The notes below the pieces were generated by a model. It did no database searches and was not told the origin of the DNA. It saw only the letters and a list, made by a program, of their open reading frames with translations. A DNA stretch of 14,824 nt from Candidatus Firestoneibacteriota bacterium (GTDB taxonomy: Bacteria; Oederibacteriota; D2-FULL-39-29; JBDRBU01), in NCBI GenBank assembly GCA_043822305.1, contig JBDRBU010000097.1, positions 1-14,824 on the forward strand. The letters run 5' to 3'. Shown piece by piece: positions 1 to 8,048 of this stretch. Numbering within the stretch: the stretch's first letter is position 1; the number at the start of each line of letters is the position of its first letter. The position numbers and the translations under genes were made by a program.

Positions 1-32
1 ACTTTAATTTTACTTTTATCAAAATTAACCAT
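1..32 (-). CDS. 5' end of a divergent gene running off the window (MVNFDKSKIK...), product unknown
   Basis: ATG at 32-30 on the - strand, AGGAGG Shine-Dalgarno at 45-40, open frame to the window edge. Confidence 0.6.
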   Translation of the reverse strand, partial: MVNFDKSKIK

Positions 33-67
33 TTGGTAACCTCCTTTAAAAGGTATAAACTTTTTCC

Positions 68-96
68 TTTACATATAGGTTACCATATTATATACT
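68..96 (+). promoter_or_regulatory. Putative sigma70-type promoter for the PPIase gene
   Basis: TTTACA (68-73), 17-bp spacer, TATACT (91-96); AGGAGG SD at 141-146 before ATG 157. Confidence 0.6.
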
Positions 97-156
97 ATAG
101 ATAATAAAAAATATTACATTAAACTTGAGGAAGTCTCTAAAGGAGGATTTACTCAT

Positions 157-1905
157 ATGATGAAATTTTTAAGAAATAATATGAAAATAATTTTCTGGGT
201 AGTAGTCGTATGTTTTTTAGCCACCATATTTTTAGTCTGGGGAATGAAAGGTGAAATTTCAACAGTAGCACCAAATGTTTTAGCCATAATAAATGGCAAA
301 GAACTCTCATTGGAAATATTTAATTCAATATACACACAGAAAATAGATGAGTTGCAAAAAGAATTTAAAGGTGAAGTCCCTGAATTTTATGAAGGATTTT
401 TAAGGAAACAAATATTGAATTCCTTGATAACACGAACATTATTATTAGAAGCAGTTAATAAATATAAAATACATTCAACAGAAGAAGAAATAAGAAGCAA
501 AGAAGAAGAAATAAAAACGAGAATAAGAAGTTTTTTCTATGTTGATGGTAAATTTGATAAAAAAAGTTTTGAGCGAGCAGTAAAAAGTGGTAGAATTCCA
601 TATGATGAAATTATAAATCAGGAAAAAACTAACCTGATCTTATCTAAATTAGAAAGAATGATAAAAGATACGGCCAAAGTAACAGAGGAAGAAATAAAAG
701 AAGAATATTTAAAAAATAAAGAAAAAAGAAAAGTAAAATATATAAAAATAGATGTTAAAAACTATCTTAAAAATATATCAATCATAGAAGATGATCTTAA
801 AAAGCACTACGAACAAAATATTAATAGTTTTAAAATTCCTGAAAAATTTAAAGTTAAATATATTTTCTTTGGTGTTAACGCTAAAGAAAAAGCAAAATCT
901 CTTATTGGAAAATTAAAAGCTGGTACTGATTTTGCAACTTTAGCCAAAGAGAATTCCGACGACCCTGGTTCAAAAGACAAAGGTGGTGATTTAGGGTTTT
1001 TTAAAAAAGGTGTCATGGTTAAAGAATTTGATGATGTTGCCTTTAACTTAAAAGTAGGAGAAATTACCAATGAACCAGTGAAAACACAATTCGGATTTCA
1101 TATAATTAAAGTTGAAGAAAAAAAAGATGACGAAATTAAAGCGAGACATATACTAATTAAATTAGACACGGACGATAAAATTAAGGCATCTTTTAAGGAA
1201 AAAGCAGAAAATATACATAAAAAAATTATCAGCAAGAATTTCGAAGTAATTGCAAAAGAAAACTCTTTAAGCGTTAAAGAAATATCATTCACTAAGGAAG
1301 AACCCTTAAAAGATATTCCTGAGCAAGAAAAATTCAAAAACGAGGTATTTAATCTTAAACCAAATGAAATTTCTACTCCAGTTGAAACAGAAAATGGGTA
1401 TTATTTGATAAAATTAATGGACAAAATACCCGAAAACATAAAACCATTAGAAACCGTAAAAAACGAGATACAAAACAAAATAAAATTAGAAAGGGCTTTA
1501 CCCTTAGCAGGAATTGAAGCAGAAAAATTATACAAAAAAATATTTGAAGAAAAATCTGATTTTGATCTAGTTTGCAAACAATTCGGAATAAAAGAAACTG
1601 ATTACTTTGATCGGGAAGGAAAAGAATTAAAAAATATTGACCATACAGGAGAATTTACTAGAACTACTTTTAAAATAGCAAATATTGGAGAAATCGGCAA
1701 GATAGTGAAAACTCAAGAAGGATGCTATTTACTAAAACTAACAGATAAAAAACTTCCCGATGAAGCAACATATTTAAAAGAAAAAGAAACTATTAAAACC
1801 GAACTTTTAACTAAGAAGCAAAATATTGTTTTCTCCCAATGGTTAGAAAATTTAAGGAAAAATGCTAAAATAAAAGATTATTCGGATAGATTTTTTAAAG
1901 AATAA
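157..1905 (+). CDS. Membrane-anchored parvulin-type peptidyl-prolyl cis-trans isomerase/chaperone (PpiD/SurA-N family)
   Basis: N-terminal TM anchor (IIFWVVVVCFLATIFLVWG), SurA-N-like helical region, parvulin motif DFATLAKENSDDPGSKDKGGDLGFF...VKTQFGFHIIKV, further degenerate rotamase-like segments; strong SD. Confidence 0.9.
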   Translation: MMKFLRNNMKIIFWVVVVCFLATIFLVWGMKGEISTVAPNVLAIINGKELSLEIFNSIYTQKIDELQKEFKGEVPEFYEGFLRKQILNSLITRTLLLEAVNKYKIHSTEEEIRSKEEEIKTRIRSFFYVDGKFDKKSFERAVKSGRIPYDEIINQEKTNLILSKLERMIKDTAKVTEEEIKEEYLKNKEKRKVKYIKIDVKNYLKNISIIEDDLKKHYEQNINSFKIPEKFKVKYIFFGVNAKEKAKSLIGKLKAGTDFATLAKENSDDPGSKDKGGDLGFFKKGVMVKEFDDVAFNLKVGEITNEPVKTQFGFHIIKVEEKKDDEIKARHILIKLDTDDKIKASFKEKAENIHKKIISKNFEVIAKENSLSVKEISFTKEEPLKDIPEQEKFKNEVFNLKPNEISTPVETENGYYLIKLMDKIPENIKPLETVKNEIQNKIKLERALPLAGIEAEKLYKKIFEEKSDFDLVCKQFGIKETDYFDREGKELKNIDHTGEFTRTTFKIANIGEIGKIVKTQEGCYLLKLTDKKLPDEATYLKEKETIKTELLTKKQNIVFSQWLENLRKNAKIKDYSDRFFKE

Positions 1906-1921
1906 GTAGGGACTACAAAAG

Positions 1922-1956
1922 AACAACCCCCTAACCCCCTTTATTAAGGGGGAATA
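1922..1956. repeat. CCCCCTT/AAGGGGG palindromic repeat, copy 1; possible bidirectional terminator between convergent genes
   Basis: AACAACCCCCTAACCCCCTTTATTAAGGGGGAATA; stem 1935-1941/1946-1952; similar copy at 2621-2657. Confidence 0.8.
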
Positions 1957-1968
1957 GACTCACGATTT

Positions 1969-2328
1969 TTATTCAATAGTGCTCTTTAAGTCAGATAACT
2001 TCTTTTTTAACTTGCTTATTTTTTCCTTAAATTCTACTTCTTTAAAATCTATTTCAATCTGTTGTTCATTTTTTTTCTTTAATTCTTTAATCTTTATTTT
2101 TGCCCCCTTAAGAGTAAATTTATCCTCGTAAAGAAGTTTATGTATTTGAAATATTATGGCCATATCTTTTTTTCTATAAGTTCTTTGTCCGCCAATACCC
2201 CTTCCTGGTTTTAAAGATTTAAATTGGTTTTCCCAATATCTTAATATATAAGGTTTTACATGTGTAATTTCACTTACTTCACTAATTGTAAAAAATAGTT
2301 TATCGGGTATTTTAAACTCGTCTATCAT
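1969..2328 (-). CDS. MerR-family HTH transcriptional regulator (type usually found next to ihfA)
   Basis: IPDKLFFTISEVSEITHVKPYILRYWE...GGQRTYRKKD MerR HTH. ATG 2328 with an AAAGGGG SD is preferred over the ORF-track start at 2349. Confidence 0.88.
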   Translation of the reverse strand: MIDEFKIPDKLFFTISEVSEITHVKPYILRYWENQFKSLKPGRGIGGQRTYRKKDMAIIFQIHKLLYEDKFTLKGAKIKIKELKKKNEQQIEIDFKEVEFKEKISKLKKKLSDLKSTIE

Positions 2329-2617
2329 ATGAAATTTCCCCTTTTTCAATCTGTCGTTTTAATATTTTACTTGGTTTAAATGCTGGGATTTTTTTAGCAG
2401 GAATAATTACCTTTTCTCCTGTTTTAGGATTCCTTCCTATTCTTTCTCTCTTTTCTCTTATGATAAATGTTCCAAATTTACTTATTTGAACTTTTTCGCC
2501 AGACTTTAAAGAATTAACTATTGAATCTAATAATGTTTGAACAGATTTTTTAGCCAGACTATTATTTATTCCTAATTGGGCAACATTTCTAACTAAATCA
2601 CGTTTGGTTATATTCAT
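2312..2617 (-). CDS. HU/IHF family DNA-binding protein (IHF alpha-like)
   Basis: MNITKRDLV...GEKVQISKFGTF...RIGRNPKTGEKVIIPAKKIPAFKPS signature. Start placed at ATG 2617; the ORF-track extension to 2647 is translated repeat DNA. Confidence 0.92.
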   Translation of the reverse strand: MNITKRDLVRNVAQLGINNSLAKKSVQTLLDSIVNSLKSGEKVQISKFGTFIIREKRERIGRNPKTGEKVIIPAKKIPAFKPSKILKRQIEKGEISYDRRV

Positions 2618-2620
2618 AAC

Positions 2621-2657
2621 AACAACCCCCTTGATCCCCCTTAACAAAGGGGGAATA
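2621..2657. repeat. CCCCCTT/AAGGGGG palindromic repeat, copy 2
   Basis: AACAACCCCCTTGATCCCCCTTAACAAAGGGGGAATA; 8-bp stem 2635-2642/2647-2654. Confidence 0.8.
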
Positions 2658-2696
2658 TAATCCTCACGGCTTTCACTGACTATTTACGCGAATTTT

Positions 2697-3701
2697 CTAT
2701 TCAGATTTAAGTTTTCGTTGCATTAAGTTACTAATGGCTTTAATTGGAGATTTGTCTTTAAATAAAACATTATAGACTTCTTTTGTTATAGGCATTTCAA
2801 GATTATATGTTTTAGATATCTTATAACAAGTCTTTGTGGTTGTAATACCTTCTGCAACCATTTCCATAGAGATTAAAATATCCTTTAATTTTTCTCCCTT
2901 CCCTATTCTCTCTCCGACCATTCTATTTCTACTATACTTACTCATACAAGTAACTATCAAATCTCCAATACCTGATAAACCATTAAGTGTGTCTGGCCTG
3001 GCACCCATTTGACTCGCTAACCTTTTTATTTCTATTAGCCCTCTGGTTATAAGAGCTGCCTTAGTATTATCACCTGTTCCTATTCCGTCTAAAATTCCTT
3101 TAGCCAAAGATATTACATTTTTCAATGCTCCACCTAACTCAACTCCAATGACATCATATGAGGTATACACTCTAAAGTAATTATTAGAAAATACTTTTTG
3201 CAACATATTAGCCATCTCTTTATTTTTAGATGCAATAACCACCACTGTCGGAACTTTTCTACTTACTTCTTCAGCATGACTCGGTCCTGATAAAACAGCT
3301 ATTCTTCCATTCAAATTTAATTCTTTACTTATCACCACCGAAATTCTATCTAATGTTTTATAATCAATACCTTTAATTACGCTTAAGACTATGACTTTCT
3401 TGCTTATTTTTATTTTTGATATTCTCCTTAAAATATTTCTTAAATATTTTGACGGAACGGCGAGGATTAGTATGTCTATATTATGTAAGGCCAGATGAAG
3501 CGAATTTGTTATTTCTATACTTTTGGGTATTTGGACACCTGGCAAAAATTTTAAATTTTCTCTTGTTTTATTTAAAAACTGTGTGTAATCTTCAAAATAT
3601 TCATATAAGGTAACATTATGTTTATTCTCTGCCAGGAGTATGGCTAATGCTGTTCCCCATCCACCTGCTCCTATTATACTGATTTTCTTACCATATGGCA
3701 T
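2697..3701 (-). CDS. gpsA: NAD(P)H-dependent glycerol-3-phosphate dehydrogenase
   Basis: IIGAGGWGTALA Rossmann motif, LSGPSHAEEV, GVELGGALKNVI, GLSGIGDLIVTC..SRNR, MVAEG. Confidence 0.96.
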   Translation of the reverse strand: MPYGKKISIIGAGGWGTALAILLAENKHNVTLYEYFEDYTQFLNKTRENLKFLPGVQIPKSIEITNSLHLALHNIDILILAVPSKYLRNILRRISKIKISKKVIVLSVIKGIDYKTLDRISVVISKELNLNGRIAVLSGPSHAEEVSRKVPTVVVIASKNKEMANMLQKVFSNNYFRVYTSYDVIGVELGGALKNVISLAKGILDGIGTGDNTKAALITRGLIEIKRLASQMGARPDTLNGLSGIGDLIVTCMSKYSRNRMVGERIGKGEKLKDILISMEMVAEGITTTKTCYKISKTYNLEMPITKEVYNVLFKDKSPIKAISNLMQRKLKSE

Positions 3702-4314
3702 TTTCTTTGCCCTCTAATATTCTTTTAATATTGGAAATATGTCTTATAATTATGAGTATTGTGGCTAATGCTCCAAAAAGTACAATATATAAAGACTTTT
3801 TAAAAATCAATATTGATACTAAAAACGCGACTGAACTGATTATAGAACCTAACGATACATATCTAGTAATTAAAACTACCAGCAAAAATACGATGGCACT
3901 TATTCCGAGTTCGAACGGTGTTAAGGCTAAAAATACTCCCATACTTGTGGCTACTCCTTTTCCCCCTTTAAAATTTAAAAATATTGTCCAATTATGCCCT
4001 ATGATTGCACATATTCCGCAAATAATACTCAAAACTTCAATGTTTTGTGAACCCGGCACCATATCGGTACAAGGTAAACTAGAAATCAGTAATATCGAAA
4101 CATACTGAGTACATATAAATCCTTTTACAAAATCAATTATCAAAACTAATATACCAGGTATTACGCCTAATGTTCTAATTACATTTGTCGCCCCAATATT
4201 TCCACTTCCTTGTTGTCTTATGTCTATTTTAAAGAAAATTTTCCCTACTAAATACCCTGTGGGAACAGAACCTAGAATATAACAAATAATCATGGTGAGT
4301 ATAATTAAAAACAT
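3688..4314 (-). CDS. plsY: Glycerol-3-phosphate acyltransferase PlsY
   Basis: YILGSVPTG, DIRQQGSGNIGATNVIR, GHNWTIFLNFKGGKGVAT, RYVSLGS, RHISNIKRI motifs. Confidence 0.96.
   Translation of the reverse strand: MFLIILTMIICYILGSVPTGYLVGKIFFKIDIRQQGSGNIGATNVIRTLGVIPGILVLIIDFVKGFICTQYVSILLISSLPCTDMVPGSQNIEVLSIICGICAIIGHNWTIFLNFKGGKGVATSMGVFLALTPFELGISAIVFLLVVLITRYVSLGSIISSVAFLVSILIFKKSLYIVLFGALATILIIIRHISNIKRILEGKENAIW
4047..4078. repeat. Imperfect palindrome inside plsY (TTTACC..GYACC/GGTGC.GGGT family)
   Basis: Minus strand TTTACCTTGTACC-GATAT-GGTGCCGGGTTCAC; encodes LPCTDMVPGS; resembles 13639-13673. Confidence 0.6.
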
Positions 4315-4833
4315 TTATCCCATCCTTTTTATTCCTTTAATTAAATAATCCAATAAAGATATCATTGTGAATACTATCATTATATACAGGTAAATATTCA
4401 AGATGGTTATCTGTGGAAGTAACAATAATAATATAACCGAAGTACTTTGCAAAAAATTAGTGAATTTCCCAAATATACTTGGTTCAATTTTTATATTAGA
4501 AGTAATTATAAATATTAATAACCAGCCAAGTATAAGTATGATATCTCTACTTATTATGGTTACGACCATCCAGTCTGGTATTAAGATAGTCGAGGCTAAT
4601 AATAAAAAAGCGGTATTTATCAATATTTTATCTGCTAACGGGTCCAATATTGAGCCTAAAGTACTTCTTGATTTATTTATCCTGGCAATAATGCCATCTA
4701 ATATATCTGTTATCATCGCCACTATAAATATCAAAGTAGCTATTTTAATATCTGTTTTAAAAAAAATAACAAATAAAGGAGTAGATAATATTCTTAACAC
4801 AGTTAAAATATTCGGTAGTGTTATAGTTTTCAT
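4315..4833 (-). CDS. CDP-alcohol phosphatidyltransferase (PgsA-like or cardiolipin synthase-like)
   Basis: TLPNILTVLRI and DILDGIIARINKSRSTLGSILDPLADK CDP-alcohol phosphotransferase motif; multi-TM; adjacent to plsY. Confidence 0.9.
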   Translation of the reverse strand: MKTITLPNILTVLRILSTPLFVIFFKTDIKIATLIFIVAMITDILDGIIARINKSRSTLGSILDPLADKILINTAFLLLASTILIPDWMVVTIISRDIILILGWLLIFIITSNIKIEPSIFGKFTNFLQSTSVILLLLLPQITILNIYLYIMIVFTMISLLDYLIKGIKRMG

Positions 4834-6896
4834 AATATTTTCTTTTTCAACAGTACTTTTTTAAATACATCTACAATGAGTGGGTCAAATTGTGTGAATT
4901 TATTTAATTCTAATTCATTTAAAGCAGTATTTTCATCAATAGCTTTCCTGTAAGGTCTGTCTGATATCATGGCTTCAAATGCATCGACAACAGTAATAAT
5001 CCTTGATAATAATGGTATGCTCTGTTCTTTTAAACCATCAGGATATCCTTTCCCATTGTAACGTTCATGATGATGAGCAATAATATTCGCCACATCTTTA
5101 AACTCACTTATTTTTTCTAATATATTCGCAGCAATAACCGGATGTTTTTTAACTACTTCATATTCGGATGGAGTTAATTTAGAAGGCTTTTTTAAGATAT
5201 TGTCTTCTATACCAATTTTACCTATATCATGCAATATAGCACTAAATTGCAACAGTTCTTTTTCTTCCTCTGTTAATCCAATTTCTACAGCTATTTCAAT
5301 CGCATATTTAGTAACCTCTTCAGAGTGATCTCTTGTATAATTATCTTTAGTATCAAGTATAGTCGCCAGAGATTTAATAATATTCATATACATAGTTTTT
5401 GATTGCTTTAATAATCTTGCATTTTCAATGGCAATAGCCGTATGTGAGGCAAATATTAAAGTTAACTTTTTTTCATCTTCGCTAAAAATTCTTTTATAAG
5501 GAGAAAATATTGTAAGAACTCCAACGATTTTGTTTTTAACTATTAATGGAACACAAATTAAAGAATTTATTTTTTCTAGATGGCTATGATTATATGTTGA
5601 TATATCTTCTATGGTTAAAAGCTGTTGCATCTTAACTGCTTTATTTTCAATATCATTTAAAAGATTTTCTATATCGATTAAATAATTTGAAGATAACCCA
5701 TATGATGCATATAATTCTAATTTTTGTTCTGTTTCGTTTAAAAGTTTTAATACAGTTCCTTTGGCCCATAATATTTCAGTTATGGAACGAACTATTAGAT
5801 TTAAGACCGTATCTAAATCTACTGTTGAAAGTATTACATTTCCTAAATAAGAAATGGAAGACTGATTTTTAACCATCTCGAGTGTAGATTCGTAAACTTG
5901 GGCCCTTTCAATCACTATTGACGCTTTTTCAACAAGATTTTCTAAAAATTTTACTTTTTTTTCATTAATCTCTTCTTTATAATATAATAATATTATACAG
6001 TTAACTATTTTACTACGAGATATTAATGGTAAGGATATTTTTTTATCTTTAATAATTCTATTATTACCCTTAATTGTTTCTTCTATAATATCTTTATTTT
6101 CATTTAATATTTCCTCGTCTTTTTCTAATTTAAATCCGGATTTTATTTTTAACAAAAATTCTAAACGATGAGGATCTCTTAATAATATTACGCCAGAATT
6201 TGCTTTAGTTATACTTACAAAACGATTCATGAGTACTTCCAAAGTTTCATCTAATGTTAGCGATAATAAGCCAACTTCCATTATTGAGTTTAAACACATC
6301 ATCTCTTCCTTGTGAAACTTTTCAGATTCTAAATGTCTCTTATTTTCCAAGATAATAGAAATTTGAGAAGTAAAAGTTTCTAAATATCTTTTTTCCTCAT
6401 CTGTAAATTTTTTCTGGCCACTTAAATTAACAATACAAATTGCACCTATGGTTACATCCTTCCTTAAGATTGGAATTAACATTTTTGAACTATCTATCTC
6501 TACTGTCTTTTTATCTATGATAGACTTAAGAATCTCTACAGACTCGAGGTCATGGACGACCCCGAGTACCTTTACAGTTGTTTTTAAATTGTTTGATATA
6601 ACTACTGGAGATAATTTATTTTTATCATCATTAAGTAAAAAGATAATAATTCCAATATCCTTAATTACTTTGGATATATCCTCGACAACTATATTTAAGA
6701 CATCTATCATATTACTGGAAGATAATATTAATTCGTTTATTTGATTAATTGTTTTTAGATTCTCTACCATATCCCTTATTCTATTAACCAGCTGGTTTTT
6801 TTCTGCCTTTTTATGTCTTCGATAACTAATAAATGAAATAGTTAATAAGGTAGCACAGAGAAATAACACAAGTATAGCTTCTTTATATGCAGTCAT
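4830..6896 (-). CDS. Membrane-anchored multi-GAF HD-GYP protein (putative cyclic dinucleotide phosphodiesterase)
   Basis: N-terminal TM, three GAF-like repeats (LIPILRK, LPLISRS, CVPLIVKNKIVGVL...AIAIENARL), YTRDHSEEV, LHDIGKIG, HHERYNGKGYPDG, DAFEAMISDRPYRK. Confidence 0.9.
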   Translation of the reverse strand: MTAYKEAILVLFLCATLLTISFISYRRHKKAEKNQLVNRIRDMVENLKTINQINELILSSSNMIDVLNIVVEDISKVIKDIGIIIFLLNDDKNKLSPVVISNNLKTTVKVLGVVHDLESVEILKSIIDKKTVEIDSSKMLIPILRKDVTIGAICIVNLSGQKKFTDEEKRYLETFTSQISIILENKRHLESEKFHKEEMMCLNSIMEVGLLSLTLDETLEVLMNRFVSITKANSGVILLRDPHRLEFLLKIKSGFKLEKDEEILNENKDIIEETIKGNNRIIKDKKISLPLISRSKIVNCIILLYYKEEINEKKVKFLENLVEKASIVIERAQVYESTLEMVKNQSSISYLGNVILSTVDLDTVLNLIVRSITEILWAKGTVLKLLNETEQKLELYASYGLSSNYLIDIENLLNDIENKAVKMQQLLTIEDISTYNHSHLEKINSLICVPLIVKNKIVGVLTIFSPYKRIFSEDEKKLTLIFASHTAIAIENARLLKQSKTMYMNIIKSLATILDTKDNYTRDHSEEVTKYAIEIAVEIGLTEEEKELLQFSAILHDIGKIGIEDNILKKPSKLTPSEYEVVKKHPVIAANILEKISEFKDVANIIAHHHERYNGKGYPDGLKEQSIPLLSRIITVVDAFEAMISDRPYRKAIDENTALNELELNKFTQFDPLIVDVFKKVLLKKKIL
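6542..6567. repeat. GC-rich palindrome inside the HD-GYP gene
   Basis: ACTCGAGGTC-ATGGAC-GACCCCGAGT, 10-bp arms with one mismatch (G-U in the mRNA); encodes VLGVVHDLES. Confidence 0.65.
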
Positions 6897-6928
6897 ATTT
6901 TTAAATACTTATTTAGTTTACTCCAAAG

Positions 6929-6956
6929 CATGGTAGTCGCAGGCTTCAGCCTGCGT
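6929..6956 (+). repeat. GTAG-tagged REP-like element, intergenic copy
   Basis: CATGGTAGTCGCAGGCTTCAGCCTGCGT; stem CGCAGGC/GCCTGCG; 27 of 28 bases identical to 10708-10735. Confidence 0.9.
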
Positions 6957-6976
6957 ATTATACTTATACCAATAAT

Positions 6977-8047
6977 TTAAGTTTTTGTCAATAAGTCTTT
7001 ATATATGAAATATATTTTGTTTATTAAATTTTCCAGGTTATAACCTTTAAGTGCAGAGACACAAATACCTTCAGGAACAAGATTACATATTCGTTTAATT
7101 TGAATATCATCTATTAAGTCTATTTTGTTAAGTACTGTAAGAACAGGTTTTTCTAAGACCTGAAGGCTTTTTAATTCTTTAAATACAGTATCCTGTTGAA
7201 CATTTATATCCTGTTTACTTATGTCTAAAACTGTTAATATTATATTTGCGTATTTAATTTCTTCCAAAGTGGCCCTAAATGCGGAACTTAATTCAGAAGG
7301 TAAATTTCTAATAAATCCTACTGTATCAGTCAGTAATATCCCTTCTTTATTAGGTAAAATCAGTTTTCTTGTAGTTGGGTCCAAAGTGGAAAAGAGTTTA
7401 TTCTCCACTAAAACATTAGATTTTGTTAATGTATTAAGAAGTGTAGATTTTCCTGAGTTAGTATAACCAACTATAGAAATAGTGAAATATCCTTTTCTCA
7501 ATCTGCTTTCTCTTATCAAACCCCTATGTTTTATTACATGTTTTAACTCCCTATTTAGAAACATAATTCTATGTCTTATCCTTCTTCTGTCTATTTCTAA
7601 TTTTTTCTCACCAGGTCCTCTCGTACCAATTCCCCCTCCTAATTGAGATAATTCCACTCCTTTTCCATGTAATCTTGGTAGTAAATGAATAAGTTGTGCT
7701 AATTCTACTTGGATTTTGCCTTCATTGGTTTTTGCATGTTTTGCAAAAATATCCAGAATCAATGCGGTCCTATCAATTATTTTTCTCTCTATAATTTTCT
7801 CTAAATTTCTCTGCTGATTGGGTTTTAGATTATGATTAAATATAACTAAATTTATATTAAGCCTTTTACATTGCTCTTTTATTTCATATACTTTACCCGC
7901 ACCAATATAAAAAGCAGAATCTGGCACACTTTTATTTTGAATGATTTTACATGCAATTTTTGCCGAAGCAGTTTTAGCCAGTTCTTCTATTTCTTGATAT
8001 GAATCTTGACTCTCTGTAGTTAAACCACTAAGAATAGCTAATTCCAT
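6977..8047 (-). CDS. hflX: Ribosome-splitting GTPase HflX (short form)
   Basis: IDRTALILDIFAKHA..EGKIQVELAQL, GGGIGTRGPGEKKLEIDRR, GYTNSGKST, LFSTLDPT, DTVGFI, NKID. Confidence 0.97.
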   Translation of the reverse strand: MELAILSGLTTESQDSYQEIEELAKTASAKIACKIIQNKSVPDSAFYIGAGKVYEIKEQCKRLNINLVIFNHNLKPNQQRNLEKIIERKIIDRTALILDIFAKHAKTNEGKIQVELAQLIHLLPRLHGKGVELSQLGGGIGTRGPGEKKLEIDRRRIRHRIMFLNRELKHVIKHRGLIRESRLRKGYFTISIVGYTNSGKSTLLNTLTKSNVLVENKLFSTLDPTTRKLILPNKEGILLTDTVGFIRNLPSELSSAFRATLEEIKYANIILTVLDISKQDINVQQDTVFKELKSLQVLEKPVLTVLNKIDLIDDIQIKRICNLVPEGICVSALKGYNLENLINKIYFIYKDLLTKT

Positions 8048-8048
8048 A

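Noticed and set aside
2618..2647. N-terminal extension of IHF (MLRGIKGVVV)
   Set aside because: It is a translation of the CCCCCTT/AAGGGGG repeat. Family homology starts at ATG 2617.
2661..2696. CACGGCTTTCACTGAC...TACGCGAAT as a degenerate short tandem repeat
   Set aside because: It is too degenerate to support. Only the CTCACG shared with 1959-1964 is clear.
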